This document shows positions 1-14,099 of a stretch of 64,000 bases of DNA, piece after piece. Made by a program: the position numbers and the translations under genes. Each line of letters opens with the position of its first letter. The stretch's first letter is position 1. The notes beneath the pieces were generated by a model that ran no database searches, had not been told where the DNA came from, and worked only from the letters and a program-made list of their open reading frames with translations. Source of the stretch: Octopus sinensis. Its lineage: Eukaryota. The stretch covers positions 4,526,001 through 4,590,000 of the forward strand of contig NC_043003.1 in the NCBI RefSeq assembly GCF_006345805.1, written 5' to 3'.

Positions 1-377
1 CTCGCCGCCTCACATACCTTTTATTGAGGTTAGACTATTGAATATCAGATCTTCTCAGTGTTTTTTTCTTTGTGCTATTTTAAATCAGATCTTCTTGAGA
101 TCCGTTGCACACCTCATCGGTGGCATGACGCAATATTCTAGCGGAGAGTAGATCAGTTCAGAATAGGGCGTAACGAGTGAATGTATCAGGCAATAATGTT
201 TAATTAGAATAATTAGCAGAATGGAAAAGAAAACAAGCTTGAGCTAACAGTTAGGTTATAAAAAGTTGAATGCATGTATGCGTGTGTGTGTGTGTGACTA
301 ATGCTTAGATTCAATGGAATGCTTCCTATAGCTTTATCAGATATCTAATTGTGAATACAAGTTTTATATATATATAT

Positions 378-426
<49 letters not shown>

Positions 427-732
427 ATATGTGCACAGGACGTCATGAAACGTGTACAACAAAAAAGTACGAAGCACGCGTACATAGAACATGAACAATT
501 CTTTCGAACAACAAAAGTTACCAACGGAAAACAAGACAGCATAAATAACGACCCTTCATCAGTTGTTGGCTGTTTACCTAGTCTCGTATTTCGAGCATTT
601 AACAAAATATATGCTTTCAATAAAACAGTTGCTCCCAAATGCATATATATTATACGTATAGATGTATGTGCATATACGTACATACATACATACATACATA
701 CATACAACATACATACATACATATATGCATAT

Positions 733-763
<31 letters not shown>

Positions 764-766
764 TAC

Positions 767-810
<44 letters not shown>

Positions 811-885
811 ATTATTATACGACTGAACGCCGCGTATCCTCTTCCAAATAAGTTTATCTATATAAGTACATGCATACATCCTTGC

Positions 886-933
<48 letters not shown>

Positions 934-1653
934 CATTATTGTGTCTGGAGAGAATCACTCTGTTTTAGGGATGTATTAATTTAACAGACCGGTGAGTATG
1001 ATTAATTATAAGACACCAAAAGAGAATGACTCTCCCCACACAAAATACAATATGCTTCAACACACGAATTCACATAAAGAATCTTGAAATCCAAATAGAA
1101 GAACGATACACACACACACACACACACTTAAACTTAACAAGAATATTGTTGACTGTGACCTCGAAGTTAAGCCATGACTAGGTTGCATAAGCCGCCAAAA
1201 CTTCGAAGTCACTGCCAGTAACATTCTGTTTAAGGATGATAAATCTGTACTCTACGAAAGTATAGAGTAGCGCATCAGATTAATATAAAATTGTTTTTAT
1301 TATAACTAAACATAAAAACAAATATTTACAATGTGCGTGTGTGTGTGTGTATGTTTTCTATTTAATCATTTTCATTAAAATTTAATTTTCGAACGGTTCA
1401 TATTTCCTCTTCAGTTATACACTAACTCTCCCACTCTTCTCCTTCTTTCTCTGTCTCTGTATAAGTAATACATAATACACAAGTACATACATACATACAT
1501 ACATACATACATACATACATACATACATACATACATACATACACATATATATACATACATACATACATACATACATGCACACACACACACATTAATATCG
1601 AACAGTGAATGATATATGTTTATGCACCGTTGTCATGCTGCGCTCTTGTACAA
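1..1653. repeat. Tandem segmental duplication, copy 1 (copy 2 at 2393-4052)
   Basis: Position 1 CTCGCCGCCTCACATACCTTTTATTGAGG recurs at 2393. The copies stay colinear until GCTCTTGTACAA (1653 and 4052) and differ mainly by short indels and microsatellite length. Confidence 0.95.
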
Positions 1654-2402
1654 TGAGTCAATTACATCGACCGCAGTGTGTAACTGGTACTTAATTTATC
1701 GACCCCGAAAGGATAAAAGGCAAAGTCGACCTCGTTGAATTTGAACCTAGAACGTGGCAGTAGACGAAATACTGCTAAGCATTTCGCTAACTTTTCTTAT
1801 TTCTTTACTATCCACAAGGGGCTACACAGAGAGAGGGGGAAAACAAGGACAGACAAAAGGATTAAGTTGATTATATCGACCCCAGGGCGTAAATGGTACT
1901 TATTATTTAATCGATCGCGAAAGGATGAAAGGCAAAGTCGACCTCCTCGCAATTGGAACTCAGAACATAAAGGCAGACGAAATACCTATTTCGTTACTAC
2001 CCATAAGGGGCTTAACACAGAGAGGTCAAACAAGGACAGACAAACGGATTAAGTCGATTATATCGATCCCAGGGCGTAAATAGTACTTATTTAATTGACC
2101 CCGAATGGATGAAAGGCAAAGGCGACCTCGGCGGAATTTGAACTCAGAACGTAACGGCGGACGAAATATCTGTTTCTTTATTACCCACAAGGGGCTAAAC
2201 ACAGAGGGGACAAACAAGGACAGACAAAGGGATTAAGTCGATTACATCGATCCCAGGGCGTAACTGGCACTTAATTTATCGACCCCGAAAGGATGAAAGG
2301 CAAAGTCGACCTCGGCGGAATTAGAACTCAGAACGTAACGGCAGACGAAATACGGCTACGCATTTCGCCCGGCGTGCTAACGGTTCTGCCAGCTCGCCGC
2401 CT
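1654..2402 (-). mobile_element. Head-to-tail multimer (~4 units) of tRNA-derived SINE family 1
   Basis: Repeated units containing GTCGACTTTGCCTTTCATCCTTTCGGGGTCGAT...AAGTACCAGTTACGC and the tail GCCCCTTGTGGGTAATAAAGAAATA on the minus strand. Only the last unit keeps the GGCGGCGAGCTGGCAGAA head. The family has about 20 copies in the window. Confidence 0.9.
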
Positions 2403-2759
2403 CACATACCTTTTATTGAGGTTAGACTATTGAATATCGCAGATCTTCTCAGTGTTTTTTTCTTTGTGCTATTTTAAATCAGATCTTCTTGAGATCCGTT
2501 GCACACCTCATCGGTGGCATGACGCAATATTCTAGCGGAGAGTAGATCAGTTCAGAATAGGGCGTAACGAGTGAATGTATCAGGCAATAATGTTTAATTA
2601 GAATAATTAGCAGAATGGAAAAGAAAACAAGCTTGAGCTAACAGTTAGGTATAAAAAGTTGTTGAATGCATGTATGCGTGTGTGTGTGTGGACTAATGCT
2701 TAGATTCAATGGAATGCTTCCTATAGCTTTATCAGATATCTAATTGTGAATACAAGTTT

Positions 2760-2820
<61 letters not shown>

Positions 2821-3091
2821 ATATGTGCACAGGACGTCATGAAACGTGTACAACAAAAAAGTACGAAGCACGCGTACATAGAACATGAACAATTCTTTCG
2901 AACAACAAAAGTTACCAACGGAAAACAAGACAGCATAAATAACGACCCTTCATCAGTTGTTGGCTGTTTACCTAGTCTCGTATTTCGAGCATTTAACAAC
3001 AATATATGCTTTCAATAAAACAGTTGCTCCCGCAATGCATATATATATATACGTATAGATGTATGTGCATATACGTACATACATACATACA

Positions 3092-3124
<33 letters not shown>

Positions 3125-3146
3125 GCATATACATACATATACATAC

Positions 3147-3217
<71 letters not shown>

Positions 3218-4052
3218 ATTATTATACGACTGAACGCCGCGCGTATCCTCTTCCAAATAAGTTTTATCTATATAAGTACATGCATACATCCTTGCATATA
3301 TAATATATATTATATATATTATATATATATATAATATAATTATTGTGTCTGGAGAGAATCACTCTGTTTTAGGGATGTTTAATTTAACAGACCGGTGAGT
3401 ATGATTAATTATAAGACACCAAAAGAGAATGACTCTCCCCACACAAAATACAATATGCTTCAACACACGAATTCACATAAAGAATCTTGCAATCCAAATA
3501 GAAGAACGATACACACACACACACACACACTTAAACTTAAACAAGAATATTGTTGACTGTGACCTCGAAGTTAAGCCATGACTAGGTTGCATAAGCCGCC
3601 AAAACTTCGAAGTCACTGCCAGTAACATTCCTGTTTAAGGATGATAAATCTGTACTCTACGAAAGTATAGAGTAGCGCATCAGATTAATATAAAATTGTT
3701 TTTATTATAACTAAACATAAAAACAAATATTTACAATGTGCGTGTGTGTGTGTGTATGTTTTCTATTTAATCATTTTCATTAAAATTTAATTTTCGAACG
3801 GTTCATATTTCCTCTTCAGTTATACACTAACTCTCCCACTCTTCTCCTTCTTTCTCTGTCTCTGTATAAGTAATACATAATACACAAGTACATACACATA
3901 CATACATACATACATACATACATACATACATACATACATACACATATATATACATACATACATACATACATACATGCACACACACACACATTAATATCGA
4001 ACAGTGAATGATATATGTTTATGCACCGTTGTCATGCTGCGCTCTTGTACAA
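2393..4052. repeat. Tandem segmental duplication, copy 2
   Basis: Colinear, near-identical match to 1-1653. Confidence 0.95.
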
Positions 4053-4596
4053 ATATTAAACTTCCACTCAGTACTCTACAACAACGTAACCTGAAACCTC
4101 TCTCTCCGTCATTCACCTCCACTTAATGACCTTTCAGCTGAGCCATTCATTCGTCCTGATCCGATTGAACTTCTTCGCCGTCTCTTTTCTAACAAATACC
4201 ACATCCACGACAACACATGATGACGATTCTGCGTGAAACACTGGTCGTGTCTCGGAATCGACGTTTCAGATAGTTTTAAATGGAGTAAGCTTTTGAAAAT
4301 GTTTCAGTCGTTTAATTCTTTCAACCCACGTCAGTCACTATCAATCAAACCTATGATCAGGGCTGTTCCAAACATGCCATTCTCATCCTTCTCTCTGGCA
4401 TCACGTCTGTAGGACTAGAGGTTCTCTCTTTCTCTCTCCCTCTCTCTCTCTTTCTCTCTCCCTCTCTCTCTCTTTCTCGCTGTCATTGTCACTTTTTCTA
4501 TATGTGTGTGTATATTTCTGCTGTGTGCTTTTGTGTTTATTTTCAATGACAAAAAGTACTGTCGCCAAAACAGGTTCAATGCCCAGTCAGCGTCCC

Positions 4597-4880
4597 ATCA
4601 TCATCATCATCATCATCATCATTTAACGTCCGTTGTTAATGTTGGCATGGGTGGACGGATTGAGAGGAGCTATCAAGGCCAGGAGACGCGCCACACTTCA
4701 ATTGTCTGTTCTGGCATGGTTTCTAGGGCCGGATGCCCTTTCTAACACTAGTCACTTTAAAGAGTACGCTGGATGATTTTTACGTGGCACAAGCACCAGT
4801 GTTTTATACGTGGTGCCATCACGGGTGCTTTACACGTAGCATTAGCACAAGTGCTTTTCGTGTGGAGCCAGCATCAGTGG
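4597..4880 (-). mobile_element. Retroposon 3' fragment with (GAT)n tail (RTE-tail-like SINE/LINE end)
   Basis: Minus strand ends ...CCATGCCAACATTAACAACGGACGTTAAATGATGATG, with internal degenerate ~22-nt TTTACGTGGCAC repeats. Family assignment is from memory only. Confidence 0.4.
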
Positions 4881-5547
4881 TGCAATAAATAATTTAATTC
4901 TGTAATTTGAGAGATATCTGGCTGTTATTTCTAGCAGGAATAGCTACCACCCGGAGGTTTACCCTTTAACTCATACACCGCGTTTTGTTAGCTGTGGTCA
5001 CGTGTCAAACATATGCGGAGGGACGCCATATTGAAAATTATTCTAACGAGTCTGAGAATAGACTGTTGGATTAATCAGTGAGAGTGCCTCTGCATAACTG
5101 CTTGACATTCTAGAAACAACAGTAATATCTGCCTCATATCACTCACACTATCATAGTAAATAAGAAATAGCCCCTTTAATGCAGTTTCAGGTACACTTTT
5201 GATGAAAAGACAGGATGGTCGTGTGTGGAAAAGTGCTAGATCTTAGGGCTGCTGATCCAATACCCAACCTAGGGTTAAAGACCAGTAACCATAGCAACAT
5301 TAAAAAAAGAAAAACCACGCCTTATTTTATTTTCATGTTGAGATTTATGTTTAGAAAACTTTCTACTTAAATATATTTAATTAATACATAAATATAATTA
5401 ATCTCATAAAGGCTTAATTAATCTGCATGCTTTTAAGATTTCATTTTAATAATTGGTGACCAAGTGCAATTTAGTGGGGTTTTTTTTTCATTGGGTTACG
5501 TAATAGTTTTTCTGTTTCAAAGCACAGTAGGGAGATGAATGTGGTGG

Positions 5548-5580
<33 letters not shown>

Positions 5581-5761
5581 CGATGCCCGCTCAATCGAAC
5601 ATTCCTCTTTGCCGCCTGCATCAGCCTGAACATCGAGATGCGCCTCACCGACCCAGCATCTCCCTTAAATTTTGCCTCCATTAGGAAGGGCCGTCCTTCC
5701 AACTCTAACATGCAACCACGAATCGTATGATAACAATTAGGAGACCTATGCTTTCCATTGT

Positions 5762-5944
5762 GCAATATATATTCAAAGCCTGGTACTTGTTCTGACGGTG
5801 TTTTATTGCCGAACCGCTAAGTTACGTGGACAAAAACACAACAAAACCAGTTGTCAAACGGTAGGTGGGGATAAACACACGCACACACGTATATACATGT
5901 ATATTTATGTATTTATGCATGTATGTATGTTTGTATGTATCTAT

Positions 5945-5985
<41 letters not shown>

Positions 5986-6165
5986 TACACACATATACAT
6001 GCGACGGGTTTTTTTCAGTTTCCATCTACCAAATCCATTCACAAGCCTTTGGTTGACCCGAGGCTATAGCAGAAGACATGTCCAAGGTGCCACGTTGTAA
6101 GACTGAACCCGGAACCATGTGATTGGAAAGCAAACTTCTTCCGGCGCAGCCACACATGCGCCTAA
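5762..6165 (-). mobile_element. tRNA-derived SINE family 2 (CORE-like)
   Basis: Matches the full copy at 16622-17015: head GTGGCTGCG...GGTTCCGGGTTCAGTC, TTGGACATGTCTTCTGCTATAGCC, internal (TG)n, ...TTAGCGGTTCGGCAATAAAAC. Confidence 0.85.
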
Positions 6166-6339
6166 CTTGTCCTAATCAAGTCGTAACGGGGAGAAGAATA
6201 TTTTTTGCGTTCGCATTTTTTTTTCGTTTCTGTGGTTTCCGAAGCTGACTTCCGAGAGACGTTTGATGCGGGTGTTTCTATTGCATTGTGGGTACATAGC
6301 GATTGGTGTAGCGATGAGAAAGGATGTGGTGTGACCCAC

Positions 6340-6487
6340 GTGGGTGCTGTTGCTTGTTGTTGTTGTTGTTGTTGTCGTTGATGATGAAGATGAAGGCAGG
6401 GTGGTGATGGCGACGGCGATGATTGTGGTGGTGGTGGTGGTGGTGGTGGTGTGGTGGTAGCGGTGTTGATGGCGGCTGCGACGGCAG

Positions 6488-6518
<31 letters not shown>

Positions 6519-6598
6519 GGCGGCTGCGACGGCAGTGATGATGATGATAGCGATGATGGTGGCGATGATGATGATGGCGATGATGGTGGCGATGATGA

Positions 6599-6631
<33 letters not shown>

Positions 6632-7483
6632 GGGTGGTGATGGTGATCTTGATGATAATGCTGATTACGATGATGATGATGATGATGTTGGTAATAATGT
6701 TGAAGACAACGACGGCGCTGTTGACGTGAGGAAGTCGTTTTAATAGGGCGCCCTTCCATTGGCGATAGGCGCGGAGCCGAGGGGAAAGCGATGGCTGAAA
6801 TGTTTATTGGCCGGCCATAGACATACTTTACTGATGAGGTGTGCAGGGTGGGGGGGGGCATGATTCAGGGGTGGGGGGTGGGGGTGGAGCCGAAAGGTGA
6901 GGGTGTTGGCGCTAAGGGTTGACATTCAGTAGACAATGAGCAGAAGATTGACGATAAAGATAGTTTTAAGAGACAAAGAGGTGGTGTTAATTGCACACCG
7001 GGAAGGGAAATAATGAAAATAAATAAATAAAAATAAATAAATAATAGTAATAATAATAACAATAATGATGATGATGATGATGATGATGATAATAATAATA
7101 ATGATGATGATACTACTACTACTACTACTACAACTAATAATAATAATAATAATGATGATGATGATTATAATATGACGGTGGAGGTTATAACAATAACATT
7201 GATGATGGTAATAACGCTGATGATAAGGTGGTAGTAGTAGTAATAATAATAATGATAATAATAATAATAATAGTAGTAATATAGTAATAATAATAATAAT
7301 AATAATATAATAGTAATAATAATAATAATAATAATATAATAATAATAAATAATAATAATAAGTAATAATAATAATATTATAATAATATACTAAAATAATA
7401 TAATAACAATATAATAATAAAATAATAGTAATAATAATAATATAATAATAATAGTAATAATAATAATAATAATAATAGTAATG

Positions 7484-7518
<35 letters not shown>

Positions 7519-7620
7519 CATGAAGATGATGATGATTTCTTTTTTCATAACAATAACAACAGCAATAAGGATGATGATGATGATGATAATCATATTAATA
7601 GCAATAATAATAAAGCTTTT
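6340..7620. repeat. Compound trinucleotide microsatellite field (GTT/GGT/GAT, then AAT)
   Basis: Seen directly; explains the poly-His, poly-Asp, poly-Met and poly-Ile ORFs. Confidence 0.95.
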
Positions 7621-8091
7621 AGGGGCTTGAGAAATGTTTTTCAGCCTTTTAACCTCGCGTTCATCGCTCCAATGAAAGCGAACTAAATATTTGATGAGGA
7701 GGTGGGTGAGGATGGGCGCGGAAGGAATGGGGGTTGTGTGTTTTTTTATTAACAAGGAAGGAAGGAAGAGGAGAACAGGATTATTATTATGAGAAATGTG
7801 CTGCAGTGCAATTTGCTAACTAAATCCCAGTTAAGCGAGGTTAGATGCGATGTAAATACAAGTGCACCGAGTGACTGCGTAGGAACCGAAACTAGCGCCA
7901 AAGCTAACACCAACACCGACACGAAAACCAACACGAAAACCACGGCTACCGGTACGAAGAACAGTGACCTAAGAAGGCCTCTTTAGAAATGTCCGTGGAT
8001 TCGATTGTTACTTTCAATTGTTCATCAAAGATAGATTGTAGGAAAAGCAATAATTTCCTGGTATTTATTAAGTTTTTGTTAGGTATGAGCA

Positions 8092-8250
8092 CGCCAGGCG
8101 AAATGCTCAACCGTAAAGTCGCCGAGGTCGACTTTGCCTTTCATCCTTTCGGGGTCGATTAAATGAGTACCAGCTACGCACATTTAATCCGTTTGTCTGT
8201 CCTTGTTTGTCCTCTCTGTGTTTAGCCCCTTGTGGGTAGTAAAGAAATAG
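8092..8250 (+). mobile_element. SINE family 1 copy
   Basis: GCACGCCAGGCGAAATGC...GAGGTCGACTTTGCCTTTCATCCTTTCGGGGTCGAT...GCCCCTTGTGGGTAGTAAAGAAATA. Confidence 0.9.
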
Positions 8251-8404
8251 GTATGAGTCTGAGGTTAAAGCCGTTGACTTCACCAATAAATGCTTGTCTG
8301 TTGTCTCTGCCATTTATATCGTCATTCTTTGCCATTAACTCGTATAACTTACCACAGTTCATACATTGGTGTGGTTTGTTCCTTCTTGAGCCATGCCTGG
8401 CTCA

Positions 8405-8690
8405 TAAGGGCCGGTTTCTCGATTTCATTGGCGTATAAGCCCCCCCCACCACCACCACCTGGACGGGACAACGGTCCGTCGCAGGTGAACTGCTAGATGC
8501 AGGAGGAAAGACTGAGAGAAAGTTGTGGCGAGAGAGTCAGCAGAAGAGATTCGCCATTACCTTCTGCCGGAGCCATATGGAGCTTAAGTGTTTCGCTCAT
8601 AAACACACACATTGCCCGGTCTGAGATTCAAACCCGCGATCCCTCGATTGTGAGTCCGCCTCTTTAACCACTAGGCCATGTACCTCTACA
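8405..8690 (-). mobile_element. tRNA-derived SINE family 3
   Basis: Minus-strand head GGTACATGGCCTAGTGGTT...GGGTTTGAATCTCAGACCGGGCAATGTGTGTGTTTATGAGCGAAACAC, homologous to 62095-62395 and to the split copy 41278/47037. Confidence 0.75.
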
Positions 8691-9411
8691 ATTCATACAT
8701 TAATACTCAATTTTATCTTCCCTAAAACGTGACAAAGAACTCAGTATCAAGCAGACGTGTATTTAGTTGTGTTCGTCAGCGGATATCAAGACCTGTTGTG
8801 TACAACCAAAAGCTCAGTAGCAAGACGAAATCGCATCATATATAATGTTAGAGAAGAGTCAGGGTATTTTTAACCGCCTGGTGGTATTCAGTATTCTTTG
8901 AATATGAAAATCAGCCAGGATATATTATTACTATCGGACTATATCATCTCGTATATTTCACTAAACAACCTATTGAGTTCTACGATTTTGTTATTGCAAC
9001 AGACCCAAACAAAATCCGCAGCAATGGTCGTCGAAGTCAACAGCTGTTCATATACACGGTTTATAAATTCTATGCAATGTACGGTGTGCTCTTTCAGTCT
9101 GTTTGTACACATAAAGCTATACATATACAATCATACATATATAATACATACATACACACACACATATATATATATATATACATACATACATCATGATGAC
9201 AATATATACTTTTGTACACCCATACAAGTACATATGCGCGCACACTCTCTTTCTCTCTCTCTCACATACACATACAGACATATAATTTGCACATCCATAA
9301 ACGTATACATGCAATTATATGTAAGTATACTAAAGTTGGTGCTAAGATATTTTAGAAAATTTTAATTAATTAAAATTTATTAAATAAGCAATACACTGCA
9401 AAGTCTGTGTG

Positions 9412-9458
<47 letters not shown>

Positions 9459-10079
9459 AAGCAGACACACACACATGTATGTATGTATTTATATATGTAT
9501 GTATGTATGTACGTACGTTTGTATATAGATTAGTAAAGGAATCATTAGAATCTAGGTCCATAAGCCCGAAGGACTCCAGAATTGGCTAGGTAAAATAAAA
9601 TAGGTTACAGAGTGTGGTAAAATAACCATGAATATATCATGTGTTAGTAAGATACATATTTGTGTTCTTTTTACATGTTTATGTGCGCGCGTGTGTGTGT
9701 AGGTGTGTGAACATGTGTGTGTGTGTGTGCATGTTTTCTAATTCCAACAAAGGCATGCTTCAGTGGGCTTGCAACTTGGCCCTCAGCACCCTTTCTGGTT
9801 GACAATGGATTCTGATTCTTAAACGAATAACAGAAGCAGAGAACTAAGCCTGGACAAATATAGAAACAAAATACTTGGTGCCAGGTTCGTGTGTTTGGAG
9901 TGGTTTCTATTTTGATGCCTTGGTTGCAGAAATAACACGGCAGGGGGGGGGGAGATATTGTCGGAAAGCAACGGAACTGCTGCCATGTTCAGTCAACACT
10001 CCTATATGCCTATGATATATGATGGGTGTATGTATAGGCGTCTATATATATATATATATATATTAACATAATCCTTATT

Positions 10080-10720
10080 GGTGAAGGGCATCCAATATGA
10101 AATAGATTTAGTTTCGATATCATTCTTTCATGTAGACTTAGCTATTGTAGTCCGGGAGAAATCTAGTCTCCCACAGGCTATTGCTAACATCACTTATTTT
10201 GCAACACCTTTGAGTATCGGTTATCTCCCATGACGTCTACCACATTTTAAGTGATATCGCTGCTTTTTTTTTTAGTCTACAATACACTGCTGAAATACGG
10301 AGAGGCTTTGTCTTCCAAGTTCTGCGTTTTTAGGATACGTTTGGAACCTTGGTCTTTCAGATGCCAGTCGAATTGGAATAAGGAAATAGAATTATCTTAG
10401 TCCTCGATCTAAGTAAATGAAGATGCTGATAATATAGAATCTTGGATGTATTAAAGGTGGGTTACGTGAAAATTCTTTCAATATCATCCAGGTGTGATAT
10501 AAATGTTGTATATATCACCCTTTTGAAGAGGTAACATTATCTAAGCAAAGAGATTGATGGATTTCTGAAGTTACAAGCTGGCTTTTGGTGGTGAGATTGT
10601 CTGGCTGCATATTTTTAGTTGTAGTGTGTAAAGCACTGTTATCCAGGAATGTTATCTAGGAAGCAATGTTATCCAGGCAGGAATAGTTGACCTTAACGTT
10701 ATCGGTGTTGAAGATTTTGT
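10080..10720 (-). pseudogene. Decayed Penelope-like element, linker plus GIY-YIG endonuclease remnant
   Basis: Manual minus-strand translation gives KYNKIFNTDNVKVNYSCLDNI, then C-N-x-RNP...VIY and KASPY. These resemble the PLE pattern KIFN..VKVSYSC...CNCR...VIY...KA.PY; many stops and frameshifts. Confidence 0.5.
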
Positions 10721-11614
10721 TATATTTGTGCGTAGGTGGAAATTATTGTCTTATTATAATGCGTTCTTGGTTATATTAGATGTAATGTATGTATGCATAT
10801 ATGTAAGTATGTATGTATGTATGTATGTATGTATGTATGTATGTATGTATGTATGTATGTATGTATGTATGTATGTATGTGTGTATGTGTGTGTGTTCGC
10901 ATGTGCGTGTGCATGTGCGCATGTGTGTGTATGTGCGCGCGAGCGTATGTGTTTGTATGGGTTAATGTGTGCAAGTGCGTATGTGTTTGCGTTTGTTTAC
11001 CGTCATTTAAGAATACTGAAAGCCAACAACAATTCCTTTACCATTATCAAAATCTTTCTTCGTTGTAATAATGGTATCTGAAGAACGCCATTTCTCTGTA
11101 CTACTTGAAGTTGTTAAAAAATTAAACAGTTTTAGGCCTCTATCTACCTGTGTGTGCATATATATGTGCATGTGTGAGTGAGTGCGTGTGTGTCCTGTAC
11201 GTATATTGAATTGCCATTCTGCTCCTATCAAAGAGTACACTCTCCCCGTCTCTCTCCTTATCCCTTATTCCTTGTCCTTCTCTCTTTCCCTCTTTCCTGT
11301 TTGTCTCTCTGTCTCCATCTCTCTCTCCTGTCTCTATATCACCCCCCTCTCTCTCTCTCATCAGATATATGTTACTCCTCCTCATCACCGAGAGAAGTGT
11401 TGCTTATATCTCTTTATATTTTACCCTAAGACAAACTGAAGAAAATTGCCGAAGTTGCTTAACACACGCTCGTAAGGTTACCTTACATTTCAAAACATTA
11501 ACATAAACACACACTCTTACCTACATATATAACTACACAAAGATACATACATACACACCAGTAACATATAAATATCTACAGACTTAAACACATACACGTA
11601 TCATAGGAAATAGA

Positions 11615-11740
11615 CAAGCTTAGGCTTTGGTCAACCCTGCCAACAGTACAAGACACTTGTCCAGAGTGACACGCAGTGGAACTGAACCCGGAATCTTGTG
11701 GTTGGGAAGCAAGCTTCTTACCGCACAGCCACGCCTGCGT
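11615..11740 (-). mobile_element. SINE family 2, 5' head fragment
   Basis: GGCGTGGCTGTGCGGTAAGAAGCTTGCTTCCCAACC...GGTTCAGTTCCACTGCGTGTCAC on the minus strand. Confidence 0.8.
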
Positions 11741-12049
11741 CTATGTATGTAATAAATGGTTAAATTATGTTTAGAAATGTGAAAACTGACATAACATCTA
11801 AGACAAGTCATAACAAGGACGTAAATTATAAAAAAAGACTAAGACAAGTTCGTTGGTAACGAAGTGGAGAGAGAGAGACGACAATTTTGACATTATAATT
11901 TTCTGCTCACTGGGTACATGATGTGTCTGCTTCCACCCCCGGTAACGTATCTATGGCAACGTGAGTAGTTGGATAGCAACAGCACAAGTTGCTACAATAA
12001 CAACAGCAACAACAACAATAGCAATGATTCTTTCTAATTTTGGCACGAG

Positions 12050-12720
12050 ACCAGCATTTTTGAAGTGAGGCGGGGGTCGATTACATCGACCCCCGTACGC
12101 AACTGGTACTTATTTTATCCACCTTGAAAGGATGACAGACATTGTCAACCTCGGCGCAATTTGAACTCAGAACGTATAGATCCCGGGGAAATGCCCTTCA
12201 GCATTTTGTCCGGTTTCGTAACGATTCTGCCAACACGCCGCCTTCACAGCAAAAGTTAATAATCTTTTCTACGAAAGGCACAAGGCCTTAAATTTTGGGG
12301 GAGGCGGCTAGTCGATTAAATCGTCCCAGTGTACAACTGGTACTCATTATATCGATCCCAAGCGGTTGAAATTCAAAATCGACCTCGGCAGAGTTTCAAC
12401 CCAGAACGTGAAGACGGACTAAATGCCGCAAAACATTTGATCCGGCGCACTAACGATTCTGCCAGTTTGATTTCTTTCTACAACAACAGTAACAATAAAT
12501 AAGAAATATAAAAACAACAATATCATCACAACGAGAATAACAACATCAATAAGAACAAGAACAATATTCTTTTCTACTCTTGGCACAAGGCCCGAAATTT
12601 TTAGGGAGGTGGGGAGGCCCATTCGATTAGATCGACCCCAGTACGCAACTGGTACTTAATTTATCAATCCCGAAAGGATGAAAGACAAAGTCAACCTCGG
12701 TAAAATTTGAACTCAGAATG
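12050..12720 (-). mobile_element. Cluster of three SINE family 1 copies separated by (CAA)n tracts
   Basis: Three copies of ATCGACCCC..TACGCAACTGGTACTT..TTTATC..GAAAGGATGA..GTC(A/G)ACCTCGG at about 12080, 12310 and 12630. Confidence 0.85.
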
Positions 12721-12927
12721 TAAATAACAAGAACAATATTTACATCAAAAGGAACAGCAACAACAACAACAACAACAACTGCAGGACACTTTGAATGATG
12801 TGATTTTGAGTTTTGTGTTCGTAATAAACAGGGTTAAGAGTCACGGCTGGAAAGCCTTTGACCATAAATCTGTTAGTACCACGACTACGTTGATCTCTTT
12901 GAGAGATTTTATAACTAGAATTATTGC

Positions 12928-12961
<34 letters not shown>

Positions 12962-13621
12962 ACAGAGGAGAGGGAACGGAGAGAAAGAGATGAAACTGAC
13001 TTGGAGTTTGCAATAAATTTCACGGTACTCTCAAGTTAGGGTTACGCGAACAATAGATACTCAGTGAAAGTGTTTTAAAATAACATTATTTTAACACACA
13101 CACACACACACACACGCAGAGTCTCTCTCTCTCCAACACACAAATTTATGGTTGTATGTATGTATGTGAGAGTATGTATGTCTAGGGAATCACTCGGTGA
13201 ATCCATATAGCATTACTCAGAGTTTCATGCGCGCAAGGGATGCATAGGGTCAGTTTAGCAATTCTGGAAGAATGGAGATGTTTTATCAACGCAACTTTTG
13301 GTCAGATTCTAAATTATCCGTGCTGGGGACATGGTCAAATATGCGCGAGGCCGAATGTCTAGATGAACGGACGATATGTGAGACTAAAGAATCCTGGCCT
13401 ATGTTCAGCTAGGAGTAATCATGCCATGATACTCATAAGTGGCAGTGGATTTTGTCTCAGTAAACCATGGCTATCTATGGCTATGGAAAGAGGCGATTCA
13501 TTTTGGAAGTTGTCCCAGACGAAGAGCTTCTGGTGGAAGCATTGAGATGACACCTCTAACCTTCGGTTAATAGCTGCCCGTAGACGCTTTGACTAACAGG
13601 CATATTACGCTACATAATATT

Positions 13622-13832
13622 AAGGCGGTGAGCTGGCAGAAACGTTAGTGCACCGGGCGAAATGCTTAGCGGCATTCAAATTCCGCCGAGGTCGACTTTG
13701 CCTTTTTATCCTTTCGGGGTCGATTAAATAAGTACCAGTTACGCACTGGGGTCGATATAATCGACTTAATCCATTTGTCTGTCCTTGTTTTCCCTCTCTG
13801 TGTTTAGCCCCTTGTGGGTAATAAAGAAATAG
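13622..13832 (+). mobile_element. SINE family 1, full-length
   Basis: AAGGCGGTGAGCTGGCAGAAACGTTAG head through TGGGTAATAAAGAAATA tail. Confidence 0.9.
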
Positions 13833-14099
13833 GCATATTACGCTACGTCAGTTAATCATCGATAAATACCGAACAGAGTCAACGTGTGTTTACTGCACTC
13901 ACTAAGTTGTTGCAAGTTGAGCAACTTGGGATTTGGAATAGCAGCGTATTTATATGAAATTGTATTTTAAAATGGGAAATAAAACTTTATGGAAGCTTTT
14001 TCCGTTGTTGCAAAAGGCTTATCGGGAGGACTGATCCGTAGTTTATATCAGGAGTAGCTCCAGAATTTCAAATTAGGAACGAAATCTACACAAAAAAGA

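Noticed and set aside
6172-6861. 229-aa poly-His/Thr ORF and the overlapping poly-Asp and poly-Met ORFs
   Set aside because: Compound trinucleotide repeat, open in several frames on both strands; no splice or domain evidence.
13240-13560. Unique-looking sequence with a faint Harbinger-nuclease-like LISGSGFCLSKPWL
   Set aside because: Similarity is too weak, the frames are interrupted and no TIRs were seen.
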